Source: Nitrosopumilaceae archaeon
GTDB lineage: Archaea; Thermoproteota; Nitrososphaeria; Nitrososphaerales; Nitrosopumilaceae
Assembly (NCBI GenBank): GCA_965203465.1
Contig: CBDBCR010000001.1
Coordinates: 320,001-384,000 of the forward strand
Length of the DNA stretch: 64,000 nucleotides
Direction: 5' to 3'
A program made the translations under genes and the position numbers. Shown piece after piece: positions 19,508 to 31,263 of this stretch. The notes under the pieces were generated by a model that had not been told where the DNA came from, ran no database searches, and saw only the letters and a list, made by a program, of their open reading frames with translations. The first letter of the stretch is position 1, and each line of letters begins with the position of its first letter.

Positions 19508-22365
19508 TGTCCCGCATACCGAACCTCATAATATGCAATCCGTACCGAGTGCCTTCAGAGCACTGGAAGTACGATCGCGCCAGAAGGAAATTCGAAAAAA
19601 CCCCCGGAAGGCGGCCCGCCGGATTCCTGATCGCAAGCGGCGACAGCAAGTCCTTCGACGATCCGGGCGAGTTCAGGGAGCTGGATCTAGTCAACAGAGT
19701 GCGGGAGAGGGTGGACAGCTGGCGGGATCTGGGCTATCCGGGCATCACCGGCGTCACGAGGCAGCTGCTCGGGTTCTGGCGCGACGGAACGCGGCGGACA
19801 AACCCGTTCTTTTTCTGCCAGCTGGAGGCGATAGAGACGCTGATCTGGCTGGTGGAGGCCCCCGAGGCGGAAAAGCAGGGAATACGGATTCCGTCCGACG
19901 GGGGGCGGTTCCAGAGGCTGTGCTGCAAGATGGCGACGGGCACCGGCAAGACGGTCGTGATGGCGATGCTGATCGCGTGGCAGGTAGCAAACAAGAGCGC
20001 TTACCCGCAGGATGCGCGCTTTTCAAAGAACGTGCTGCTGATGGCCCCCAGCCTGACCGTAAAGTCCCGGCTGCAGGTCCTCGATCCTGCCAAAAAAGAC
20101 AACTTTTACGACCTGTTCGGCGTCGTTCCGGAAGGCCTGCACAGGCGGCTGTTCGAGGGAAACTTCGTCGTACACAACTGGCACACGCTCATGCCGGAGG
20201 CCGATTCCCCCAAGAGCGTGGTCAAACTGGGCCCGGAGAGCGACGGGGCCTTTTCGAAAAGAATCCTAAAGCACGATCTGCGGAACATAATCGTGATCAA
20301 CGACGAGGCGCACCACGCGTACAGGGCGAGCGCGGATCAGACAAAGAACATCAACAAGAAAGATCTGGAGCGCGACAAGCGGTGGATAGAGGGCCTGGAC
20401 AAGATACACAACGCAAGAAACATCGCGCACTGCTTCGACTTTTCGGCGACCCCCTTCATCCCGTCCGGCAGGAACGTCACCGAGGACACCCTGTTTGAGT
20501 GGATAGTCTCGGACTTTTCGCTAAACGACGCGATCGAATCCGGCATCACCAAGACGCCCAGGATAGCCATAAAGGACGACAGCGGCAAGTTCTCCAAAGA
20601 GTACAGTTCCAGATTCTACCACCTGTACAAAGACCCCGAGGTAGAGCACGATCTCAACCGGAAGGCAAAACCCCACGAACGCCTGCCGACCCTTGTGGCA
20701 AACGCCTACCTCCTCTTGGGCCAGGACTGGCTGGAAACCAAGAGCCTCTGGGACGGTGCGGGCTCCAAGATCCCGCCCGTGATGATAACTGTCTGCAACG
20801 AAACCCACACCGCGGCAAGGATAGCGCACTCTTTTCAAAAGGGGCAATTAGAACCGAAGGATCTCTCGGCCCCGGAGCACATGCTGCACATAGACTCTGC
20901 GGCCATAAGCAAGGCGGAGGGGGGCGAGGCAGGCGAAAAATCCGCCGGCACGGAGGAGGAATTGAGGCAGAAAGTCGACACCGTCGGCAAGCGGGGCAAG
21001 CCCGGGGAGCAGATCCGAAACATCATCGCCGTGCAGATGCTCACGGAGGGGTGGGACGCCAGAAACGTGACCCACATAATGGGCCTGAGGGCGTTCACCA
21101 GCCAGCTGCTCTGCGAGCAGGTGGTCGGGAGGGGCCTGCGCAGGACATCGTACGACGTCGATCCGGAGACCGGGCTGTTTTCGCCAGAGTACGTCAACGT
21201 GTTCGGCGTGCCGTTTACGTTCCTGCCCCACGAGGGAGGCGACGGGACGCCGCCTCCCCCGACGGATCCGGTCACGACCATAGAGCCGGATCCCGAAAAA
21301 AGCGAGCACAGAATATCGTGGCCCAACATCGAAAGAATAGACTCCGAGTATTCCACGCGCCTCTCGGTGGACTGGGAGAAACTGGGTCCTTTGGATCTGC
21401 ACAGCGGCGGGATCAGCACCACTGTGGGCATGGCCCAGATCATCGAGGGAAAGCCGAGCGTGGACCAGATGTCGGAGATCGACCTGTACCGGCTCCACAA
21501 GACGATAAGGCTGCAGCGCATCATCTTCCTGGCCTCCAAGGACGTCTATGATCTCATGTCCCCCGGCTGGAAGGGCGGCAGGGACCTCCTTTTGATGCAG
21601 GTAGTGCGGCTCGTGGAGGAGTTCATACGCTCGGGGGGGATTCGGGTAGTGGACGTCCCCGACGACGAGCTCAGGACCAGAGTAACCATCCTGTTCAACA
21701 TGCAGAAGGTAGTCTCGCACGTCTGCAAGGGCATCACGGATTCCAGCACGGAGAGCCGCCGCATGGCGCTGCACCCCGACACGCCGATAAAATCCACCGG
21801 GAACATGCGCCCGTGGCACACCAAAAAGCCCGCCGAGCGCGCCGCAAAATCGCACGTCAACTTGGCGGTCTACGACTCTACGTGGGAGATGGGCGCGGGC
21901 CAGGAACTGGAAAGGAACGGCAACGTGGCATCGTGGGCCAGGAACGACCACTTGGGGTTCGTCGTGCGATACATGTACAAGGGAGTCCCCCGCGAATACC
22001 ACCCGGACTTTCTGATCCGCCTCAAAAACGGCGTCACGCTGGTTTTGGAGATCAAGGGGATTGACAGCGACCAGGACCGGGAGAAGCGGCGGCACCTCCA
22101 AGAGTGGGTGGACGTAGTGAACGAAAGCGGCGCGTACGGCACGTGGACGTGCGACGTCGCGTTCAATCCGGGCGACGTGCGCGGCATAGTCGCAAAGCAC
22201 TCCGAGACGGAGGCCTCTGCGAGGGAGAGCGCCAAATGCCCGAGGTGCCGCAAAAAGGCCGCGTCAAGGAAAGAAGTCGAGAAAAGGTTCGGGTTCCGCA
22301 ACGCGGACGGCGTGGTCAGGCCGCAGTCCTGGTGCAGAGCCTGCCGCAAGAGCATCGGCGGCTGA
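19504..22365 (+). CDS. res: Type III R-M restriction subunit (Res) with C-terminal Zn ribbon
   Basis: KMATGTGKT, DEAHH, LTEGWD, QVVGRGLR, YHPDF..LEIKG nuclease motif; CPRC..QSWCRAC tail; overlaps the mod stop. Confidence 0.92.
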   Translation: MMSRIPNLIICNPYRVPSEHWKYDRARRKFEKTPGRRPAGFLIASGDSKSFDDPGEFRELDLVNRVRERVDSWRDLGYPGITGVTRQLLGFWRDGTRRTNPFFFCQLEAIETLIWLVEAPEAEKQGIRIPSDGGRFQRLCCKMATGTGKTVVMAMLIAWQVANKSAYPQDARFSKNVLLMAPSLTVKSRLQVLDPAKKDNFYDLFGVVPEGLHRRLFEGNFVVHNWHTLMPEADSPKSVVKLGPESDGAFSKRILKHDLRNIIVINDEAHHAYRASADQTKNINKKDLERDKRWIEGLDKIHNARNIAHCFDFSATPFIPSGRNVTEDTLFEWIVSDFSLNDAIESGITKTPRIAIKDDSGKFSKEYSSRFYHLYKDPEVEHDLNRKAKPHERLPTLVANAYLLLGQDWLETKSLWDGAGSKIPPVMITVCNETHTAARIAHSFQKGQLEPKDLSAPEHMLHIDSAAISKAEGGEAGEKSAGTEEELRQKVDTVGKRGKPGEQIRNIIAVQMLTEGWDARNVTHIMGLRAFTSQLLCEQVVGRGLRRTSYDVDPETGLFSPEYVNVFGVPFTFLPHEGGDGTPPPPTDPVTTIEPDPEKSEHRISWPNIERIDSEYSTRLSVDWEKLGPLDLHSGGISTTVGMAQIIEGKPSVDQMSEIDLYRLHKTIRLQRIIFLASKDVYDLMSPGWKGGRDLLLMQVVRLVEEFIRSGGIRVVDVPDDELRTRVTILFNMQKVVSHVCKGITDSSTESRRMALHPDTPIKSTGNMRPWHTKKPAERAAKSHVNLAVYDSTWEMGAGQELERNGNVASWARNDHLGFVVRYMYKGVPREYHPDFLIRLKNGVTLVLEIKGIDSDQDREKRRHLQEWVDVVNESGAYGTWTCDVAFNPGDVRGIVAKHSETEASARESAKCPRCRKKAASRKEVEKRFGFRNADGVVRPQSWCRACRKSIGG

Positions 22366-22484
22366 AGCGCCCGCGCGGCCGACGCCCCGGATTTGGGCCG
22401 GGATCGGGCGGCCCGGCTCGGAGGCTGGCTTTTGCCGCGCCGGGAAGCATAGCGTCTCCGCTCCGGCCCTCCCCGATCCGACCG

Positions 22485-22787
22485 TCGCCGCCCCCGCTCA
22501 GGGGGCGGCGGACCTACCCGTGCCGGTGAGGGGGCAGCGCAGGTTGGAGCACCTGCGCTGCCAGGGCCTGCCCCGGCCGTAGCGCAGCGCCACCACGGGC
22601 CACCGGCACGAGGCGCACTTTGTGCGCGTGGCGCGCAGCAGGCCCCTCTGGGGCAGCGGGGACGAGGCCGAGCAGCCGCCCCGGTAGTTGGAGCACCCCA
22701 CGAAGCGCTTGCCCGTCGAGCGCGAGCGGATCACCATCAGCATGCCGCCCCCGCAGGAGGGGCAGGGGACCAGCCCCGCGCTGGGCC
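22485..22787. repeat. About 300-bp direct repeat, right flank of the Type III R-M cassette
   Basis: Colinear with 16663-16962 and includes a decayed copy of the nitrilase 3' end. Confidence 0.9.
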
Positions 22788-22986
22788 TGCCGGTGCCGGC
22801 GATGGTGTACAGCCTCTTTCCGGCAGACCAGGACAGGTACCCGGCCGGGTCGGCGTACTGGCGCAGCCGGTCGCGGAACTTTTTGACGCTCGACTCCGTC
22901 GCGCTGGCCACGTGCCTGCCCGCCACGGCCGGCTTTGCGGGCGCGGGCAAGATAAGCGTGGCGCGCGGGGCGGAAAACGTTGACAA
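22498..22986 (-). CDS. Topoisomerase IA-type C4 zinc-finger domain protein
   Basis: CPSCGGGMLMVIRSRSTGKRFVGCSNY..C and CASC..CSNLRC; exact start uncertain. Confidence 0.8.
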   Translation of the reverse strand: MSTFSAPRATLILPAPAKPAVAGRHVASATESSVKKFRDRLRQYADPAGYLSWSAGKRLYTIAGTGRPSAGLVPCPSCGGGMLMVIRSRSTGKRFVGCSNYRGGCSASSPLPQRGLLRATRTKCASCRWPVVALRYGRGRPWQRRCSNLRCPLTGTGRSAAP

Positions 22987-23042
22987 GGGGTCTGAAACAT
23001 TTGACAGAGGCCATTAAATTGCCCGGGCGCGACGTAGCTGCG

Positions 23043-26000
23043 ATGCGGGTCTTGTTGGCTGCGGCGCTGGCCGCCGCGGCCGTGCTGGCGGCGGGCGCGC
23101 CGGGCGCCGAGGGGACGACGCCGACGCTGAGCACCAAGGTCATGGACACGAACAACGACGGCACGTGGGCGTCCGTCCTGACCCTGACGTTCAACACAAA
23201 CGTCCAGGTGCACACCAGCGTGGACGACACGCTTCAGGACATCACAGTCGAAGGGAACCGGGGCTCATCGCTGGAGGTTAGCGGATCCACGGTCAAGATA
23301 TTCTACCTGCCGCCTGCCGAAAACGGAATTCGGGAGGCTACAAAAGACGGCCTGCATGTCTCCATAACGGACACCGCGCTAAAGTCGACGGATGACAGCA
23401 CCGACCTTGCGGCCGTCACGAATTCAGTCGTTACCGTGACCGGCGACAGCACGGGCCCCAAGGTGGTCAGCGCAGCGCTGGACAGGGACGGCGGGGTGCT
23501 GTACATAGTCATGGACGAGTCCCTAGCGTACGGCAACTACAACGTCGACTCAACCACCGGCGGAGACCTACGCATCAGTAGCAGCAAAGTCTTGCGTTAC
23601 GGGACCGCCTTTGAAAACGTCACAAAATACCACCTGCGCGACGGCGCGACTGCCTCGAGCGGCCTCACTATGGCTTCCTCCAACAGCCCGAGCGTGCACC
23701 GCTCGCCGATCCACGAGATCCGCTTCGCGCTCACCCCGACCCAGCTTTCCACGGTGACTGGCTATACGAGCCCGCACCTGCACATGGACGCGGGCGCGGT
23801 CACGGGCATAGGTTCTAACAAGCAAATAAGCAACGACGCCAATTCAATAACAAACAACGCGGCCATCGCAAAGGCGATAAACTACCTGCCGCGCGTCTCG
23901 GCCGCCGAGCTTGTGACGAACACGCGGGCGCTGTCGATCACGTTCGACGAGTCGGTCACCAAGAAATCGGGCACATTCTACATACGCAACAGCGCCACGG
24001 GCGCGTACAATTCGGGAACCGACGTGACGGGAACGCTGGCCGTATCTGGAACCGCCGGAACCGCCACGCTGACCGCCCAGCAGGTCGCGAGGGTGCAGGG
24101 CATGTCCACGCCGCACCTTCACCTCAACGCCGGGGCGGTGACAGACGGCGGCGGCGCGGACAACGTCAAGATCGCCAAGGCGATGACCGTCACGAATCCG
24201 GGGCCGGTGCTGTTCGGGGCCACGCTCGACGAGGCCACCCGCACGCTCACGCTCACGCTAGACAAGGCCGTAAAGTCGGCCGGCGCGGACGTGGACCAGT
24301 CCAAGATACGCGTCAGGGACGGGGCTGGCACCACCGGCGGCACCGCGCTGTCCGGCTCGACGGTATCATCGACGGGTGACAGCACGACCGTCACTATCAC
24401 GCTTACTTCTTCGCAGGTGGCGACCGTCACGGGGTACGCCGCGCCACACGCATACCTGGAGGCGGGCGCGGTGACGAGCGCCTCGAACGTGGCCAGCGTT
24501 GCCCCCCTGCTGTCCAAGCCGGTGCTGCTGTACCCGCACTTGGACTCGGCCGTCGTCGACCTCAACAACTTTTCGACCGGCAGCGGCCAAAACACGACAT
24601 ATTACGCGGGCAAGCTGGTGCTCAAATTCAACGTGGACGTGGGCGTGAACACCAGCGACGCGGACACGCTCCCAAAGATAACGGTCCGCGACGCGGACAA
24701 CTCGCCGACGCTCACGCTGGACACGAACGCCTCGGTTATCACGAGCACGGCCACCGTCGAGATAGGGCTGAGCAACGCGCAAAAAGAGGCCGTCAGGGCG
24801 ATGTCGGGCGACCTGGAGGTGCTGATAGGTGCAAACGCCTTCAAGTCCGACACGGGCTCGCTGGCGCTGCCGGCGGTCGGCGACGGCGACGGGCCCATCC
24901 CGGGCGCCAGCGTGACGCCGGACACCACCCGCCCGGCGATAACCTCGGTCTCCCTGGACGGAGAGTCGGGCCTGCTCGCGCTCAACTTTGACGAGCTCGT
25001 GCAGGCAGACCCGGGGGACATCAACCTGAGCCACATGCAGCTGTACTATCCCCAGCGGGGAAACTTCCACCTGGGGGACCTGCAGGCGGGGTACGCCGCC
25101 CTGTCCACCCCGTGCGTGCCCGCGCCCTGCCCCCAAGGCGGCTCCACGGTCACGTCTTCGGGCGATTCCACCGCGGTCACGGTCCAGCTCAGCGAGGAGC
25201 ACCGCAAAAGGGCCATAGCCCTGCTCGATCCGCAATACTGGATACAGCACCAAGAGTCGATAAAGGACACGTCGGGAAACTTCACACCGAGTGCCACCTT
25301 CGGCGGGGCCTCCTACACGCCCGACACGACGGCCCCGACGCTCGTGGCCACGGGACAAAACAGGCCCGCCCTCGACGAGGGGACCGGCGTATTGACGCTG
25401 ACGTTCAGCGAATCCGTAAAGGAGGGATCGAACGTGGATCTGACAAAGATCTTCATTGCGGGCAGCACGACCGCGAGCGGCGGCACGGCCCTGAGCGTCT
25501 CGGGGGACGCCTCCGAGCTCACCTCGACGGTCGATACCGACTCTGAAATAACGATAAAACTGCGCGAGACGGCGCGGAAGGCGGCCATCGGACACGCGAC
25601 GCCGTATGTGTACTTTGCCTCGGGCGCCGTGGTGGATCTTTCAAACCAGACCCTGGCCGCCTCGACCAGCAGCGCCGAGATCGCCGACACGGCCGACACG
25701 ACGCCCCCGACGCTCGTGACCGCGGCGCCGAACGGGCCGGCCCTCGACGAGGGCACCGGGATATTGACGCTGGCGTTCGACGAATCGGTAAAGGACGGCG
25801 CCGACGTCGATCTGACGAAGATCTTCATAGCCGGCGGCACGGCCGCGAGCGGCGGCACGGCCCTGAGCGTCTCGGGGGACGCCTCCGCGGTGACATCGAC
25901 GGTCGACACGGACGCGGTCATCACGATAACGCTGCGCGAGGCGGCCAGGCAGGCGGCCATCGGACACGCGACGCCGCACGTGTACTTTGCCTCGGGCGCC

Positions 26001-29000
26001 GTAAAGGATCTGTCCGACCAGAACGTCGCGGCATCGACGGCCGCCGCCGAGATCGCCGACACGCCCGACACCACCGCGCCGACGCTCGTGGCGACCGGGC
26101 AGGACGGCCCGGCGCTCGACGAGGGCACCGGGATACTCACGCTGACCTTCGACGAGTACGTAAAGGCCGCGGCTTCGGATGTCGACCTGACCAAGATATT
26201 CATGAACGACGGCTCGTTCACCGCCGGCGGCACGGCGCTGGCCGCCGGCACGCCGCCTGCCGGCGCGACGGTCACCTCGACGGGCGACGGCGCGGCCGTG
26301 ACGGTACAACTCACCGAAGCGCAGCGCAAGTCGGCCATCGGATACGCGACGCCGCACGTGTACCTAGGCGCGGGCGCCGTAAAGGACACCTCGGACCAGA
26401 CGATCGCCGCCTCTGCGGCCAGCGCCGAGATCGCCGACACGGCCGACACGACGCCCCCGACGCTCGTGACCGCGGCGCCGAACGGGCCGGCCCTCGACGA
26501 GGGCACCGGGATATTGACGCTGGCGTTCGACGAATCGGTAAAGGACGGCGCCGACGTCGATCTGACGAAGATCTTCATAGCCGGCGGCACGGCCGCGAGC
26601 GGCGGCACGGCCCTGAGCGTCTCGGGGGACGCCTCCGCGGTGACATCGACGGTCGACACGGACGCGGTCATCACGATAACGCTGCGCGAGGCGGCCAGGC
26701 AGGCGGCCATCGGACACGCGACGCCGCACGTGTACTTTACCTCGGGCGCCGTAAAGGATCTGTCCGACCAGAACGTCGCGGCATCGACGGCCGCCGCCGA
26801 GATCGCCGACACGGCCGACACGACCGCTCCGCAGCTCGTGGCGACCGGGCAGGACGGGCCGGCCCTCGACGAGGGCACCGGGATACTCACGCTGACGTTC
26901 GACGAGTACGTAAAGGCCGCGGCTTCGGACGTCGACCTGACCAAGATATTCATGAACGACGGCTCGTTCACCGCCGGCGGCACGGCGCTGGCCGCCGGCA
27001 CGCCGCCTGCCGGCGCGACGGTCACCTCGACGGGCGACGGCGCGGCCGTGACGGTACAACTCACCGAAGCGCAGCGCAAGTCGGCCATCGGATACGCGAC
27101 GCCGCACGTGTACCTGGGCGCGGGCGCCGTAAAGGACACCTCGGACCAGACGATCGCCGCCTCTGCGGCCAGCGCCGAGATCGCCGACACGGCCGACACG
27201 ACGCCCCCGACGCTGGTGACCGCGGCGCCGAACGGGCCGGCCCTCGACGAGGGCACCGGGATATTGACGCTGGCGTTCGACGAATCGGTAAAGGACGGCG
27301 CCGACGTCGATCTGACGAAGATCTTCATCGGCGACGGCGCGTTCAGCTCGGGCGGCGAGCCGCTGACCGGCTCGGCGGTGACGTCCGCCGAGGACACGGA
27401 CGCCGCGATAACCGTAAAACTGAGCGAACACCTCCGGCAGGCGGCCATCGGGTACGCCGACCCGTACGTGCGCCTAGGCGAGGGGGCCGTAAAGGATCTC
27501 TCCGACCAGAACGTGGCGGCTTCTGCCGGCTCCCGGATCGACGACACGCCCGACGACGACCCGCCCGGCCTCAAGGCCGCCACGGTGCACCTCGGCACGC
27601 TGGAGATGACGGCCGTCTTCGACGAGACCGTAAAGGCGGTGCCTAGGTCGAACACCACCGTCATGTACGCCTCCGAGGCCGGAAGCTCCGGGTATAACGC
27701 GGCCACCGACGTGGCAATCGACCCGCCCGCGACCCACGGCACGCGGGTCTCCAAAACGCTGACCGCGGCCGAATTCGCGCTCTACGACGCGATGAGCACG
27801 CCGACGCTCTACCTCAATTCTGATGTCGTCTTGGACACCTCGACCAACAAAAACCGGGCTGACACCGCGCAATTTACGCCCGCGCCCCCCTCCATCAGGG
27901 GTACCCCGACGGCCGACGCGGGGACGGGCAGGGTGGTGGCAGGCTTCGACTACGAGGTAGGCGCGGGTACCGGCAATTTCGGCATACGCGACGGGCCCGG
28001 CGCGCCGGCCGGCCCCGTGCGGGTGGCAGCCTCGGCCGTGGTGTTTTCGAGCAACACCGCCACGTTCACCCTCTCAGAGACCGACCGCCAGGCCCTGATA
28101 GGCATGTCCGATCCGTACCTGTTCCTCGAAGCTTCGGCGGTGGTGACAACCAGGACTGCCAACGGGGACGTGCTTGCAGGCGAGGCCGGATCCGCGAGGC
28201 TGGACAGGGCGCCGGACACGCTCCGGCCGCGCCTGCTGCACGATTCGACCACGCTGGCCTCCGACGAGCTATGGATAGTATTCAGCGAGACCGTAAAGAC
28301 GATAGACGCGACAAAGCTCTCGTTCTTTGACGGGACCGTGTCCCACAAGCTCTCCTCGCAGACCTCGCCCTCGGAGGTATCAAAGGACGGCCAGACGGTA
28401 AAGGTGAGCCTGCGCGGCCAGATAATAGCGGCCGCCCAGAACGCCGGCGACGACCTGAGGCTGCGCGCGGAGCAGGGCGCCGTGGCCGACACATCCAACA
28501 ACGCGTCGGTGCCGTACGCGGGCGACGGGCAGCCGCGGGCCCCGCCTGTCATACGCTCGGCCTCGGCGGTCTCGCTCAGCTCGGTCATGGTATCGTTCAG
28601 CGAGCCGCTTTTGGGGGGGGGGAGTGGTCCGTAGAGGGGTTCGACTCGGCCGGCATCGAGGCCTCGGCTGTAGAGCTTGCGCGCCCCGGCAGGTTCCTCT
28701 CGCTGGACCTGTCCTCGCCGCTGCCCGACACGGCCCCCGACCTGGTACTGCGCTACGAGCCGGGGGGCCTGGTCTCTGAGAGCGGCGCCCAGCTGCGCGC
28801 CGCGTCGCTGCCCGTCTCGGATTCGATAGCCCCGCGCCTCGTCTCGGCCGAGGCGGTCTCGCCGCGGACGGTGCGGGCCACGTTCAGCGAGCCGGTCCGG
28901 ACCGACCAGACCGGCGGGGGCGGCTGGTCGCTGTCCGGGCCGGACGCCTCGGGCCTGATAGTCACGGGGGTGCGCCCCGGCGGGGACGCCATAGAGGTCT

Positions 29001-31123
29001 CGCTCTCGCGGGACTTGGCCGGCACGGCGCCCGACGCCCAGCTGCGCTACCGCAGCTCGGGGGCCGTCGAGGACCAGTCGTCCAACTCGCTGCCGCCATT
29101 CCAGGCGCCGCTGGCAGACCGAATACCGCCGAGGCTCGTCTCTCTGGCAGTCACCGGGCCCGTCTCGGTGCTGGCGCAGTACTCCGAGCCGGTGCGCTCC
29201 GGGCCGGCCGACTATGAGTTTGCGACCGCCGTGGGGCCAAGCTCGGCCTCGGGCGTGGCCGGCTCGCAGACCTCGTCGATATTGGTGCTATCGGGCAGGA
29301 CGTTTACGGGCATGGCGGTAAAGGACAGCGTCCGGGACCTGGGGGGCAACGCGCTGGCCAACCCGGCAAGCAGGACGCTGGGCGCGGCCCCGGACAGGCT
29401 GGCGCTTGGCGATACGGACCGAGACGGGCGCGCCGGCCTCATAGTGCCCGCGCAGGCCTCGTTCCGGACCGTCTCGCTGGAGCGGGGGACCTCGCTGGTC
29501 ATGGGCGTGGGGCAGCTGCCCGATCCGCCCTCGCCGCCGCAGAGGCCCGACGGCTCGGGCGCCGGTACCGCGCGGTTCGACAGCCAGGTCGCGGTGGCAT
29601 TCGACTCGGGTACGATCACGTTCTACGCCGGCTCGGGGGTGTCCGGCCTGGGGCTGCCCGAATCGATAACGGTCGATCCGGGCGCCTCGGCCCGGGTGCC
29701 CTCCGAGTTCGCGCGGGCCGTCGGCTTGGGGGTCTCGGGGGCGCGCACCCTGGTGGACGCGGGCGGGCCGGCGGGGACGCTGGCCTTCAGCAAGCCGGTG
29801 CGGATAGAGCTGGCAGAGCCGCTCGACGACCTGGTGTACGTGATTCGCGGCGAGACGGCCAAAAAGGTGCCCGCCTGCGGCGTAGAGGCGGACACCCCCG
29901 ACCGAGCGTCCTCGGCCATAGCGCGCGCGGCCAGGGGCGCGCCGGCCACCGCCGACATCCACTCTTGCCATTCGGGAGATTCCATATGGACATTCAGGCT
30001 CTCGGTGTGGGGGACCGGGCCCGAGGTGCTCATACCGCAGCCGGCCCCGCGCGCCAGCGGTGGCGGGGGCGGCGGGGGAGGCGGCGGTGGCGGTGGAGGC
30101 GGAGGCGGCGGGGGCTCCGTGCGCACCGCCGGCGTGGCCGAGGTCCACGTGGCCCAGGTGAGCTGGGACTGCCGCGCAGGCGAGGTCACGGTGCTGGCCG
30201 CGCCCGACTCTGACGGCTTGGCGGTGTCGGTGCAGAGCAGCAAGCTGGGGTACGTGCAGGCGGCCGAAGAGGGCAGCGAGGGGGGCCTGCGCAAGTTCGT
30301 GGCCCCCATGGCCGAGGGCGAGAACTTCCTGTCGGTGAGCGCCACATCGGTGCAGGGCAGGAGCCTCGCCTCGGACAGGCAGTCGGTCTCGCCCGGCTCG
30401 TGCACCGGCTCTGCCACCTTTTGGGTGCAGCCCTCGCCTGCGGCTGCGCTGCAGCAGGGTACTCTGGACGCGCCGGCGAGGGCGGTAGCGGACGAGCCGG
30501 CGACAGAGCCCGCAAAGGCCGAGCCCCAAAGGACGGGCCTCGTCGTAGAGTGCCCCGCGGGCACCGAAAAGAACAGCTCCGGCATATGCGTGAGGCCCGC
30601 GTCGCCGGAGCCGCCTGCCGCGGTATCTCCGCCGCCGGCAACGCCTCCCGCGCCCCCCTCGCAGACGCACCCGGCCGATCTTGCGTGCGGCGCGGGTACC
30701 GAGCTGAAGGACGGGGCGTGCGTGCCGGTGCCGTCGGCGCCCGCCGCCTCGGGAGGCGGGTGCCTGATAGCAACGGCCGCCTACGGGACAGAGCTTGCCG
30801 GGCCGGTGCAGAAACTGCGCGAGGCGCGCGACGGGGCCCTGCTGGGAACCGGGGCGGGCAGTTCCTTCATGTCCGGGTTCAACTCGATATACTATGCGTT
30901 CTCGCCTGCAGTGGCCGACCTGGAGAGGCAAAATCCGCTGTTCAGGGAGGCCGTGCGGGTATCCATAACGCCGATGGTGTACTCGATGCAGCTGTTGGCC
31001 GAGGCGGATTCGGATTCCGTCGTGGCGTACGGCTTGGCCGTGATAGCCCTGAACGCGGCCATGTACGCGGGGCCTGTGGCCGCAGTGGTGTATGTTAGGC
31101 GCCGGGTGGGGTGCGGGGCGTAA
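23043..31123 (+). CDS. Giant repetitive cell-surface protein (about 2690 aa) with CFI-box C-terminal domain, frameshifted at a G10 tract
   Basis: Signal peptide MRVLLAAALAAAAVLAA; Ig-like DTTxP..LTFDE repeats; the downstream frame is open from 28622 (EWSVEG..) into ORF 28871-31123; poly-Gly; GGGCLIATAAYGTEL..LRxxRD and a C-terminal TM helix. Confidence 0.85.
25322..27550 (+). repeat. Six roughly 124-126-aa tandem domains, including a near-identical 750-bp doublet
   Basis: TCGCCGACACGGCCGACACGACGCCCCCGA at 25681, 26431 and 27181; alternating VTAAPNGP and VATGQDGP units. Confidence 0.93.
28613..28622 (+). repeat. Poly-G tract (G10) at the surface-protein frameshift
   Basis: ctttt GGGGGGGGGG agtgg; G11 or G8 restores the frame. 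Confidence 0.9.
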
Positions 31124-31263
31124 CTCGACGCTAACGATCACCATATATTTATAATATGATTTTTTACCCAAAACATGATGCCGACTATGCCGCTCCGACT
31201 TGATTTGGCACAGGCTGTGGATCAAAAGATCTTGGTCAGCGGAGCCTCGACATCTATCTTGAG

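Noticed and set aside
25313-27754. 813-aa antisense ORF and other long shadow ORFs (e.g. 29288-31225, 51763-53934, 52228-53778, 17-421)
   Set aside because: They overlap well-supported genes or are Arg/Ala/Pro-rich frames expected from high GC and codon bias.
30058-30114. Poly-Gly coding stretch as a contingency repeat
   Set aside because: Mixed GGN codons in frame; a normal low-complexity linker.
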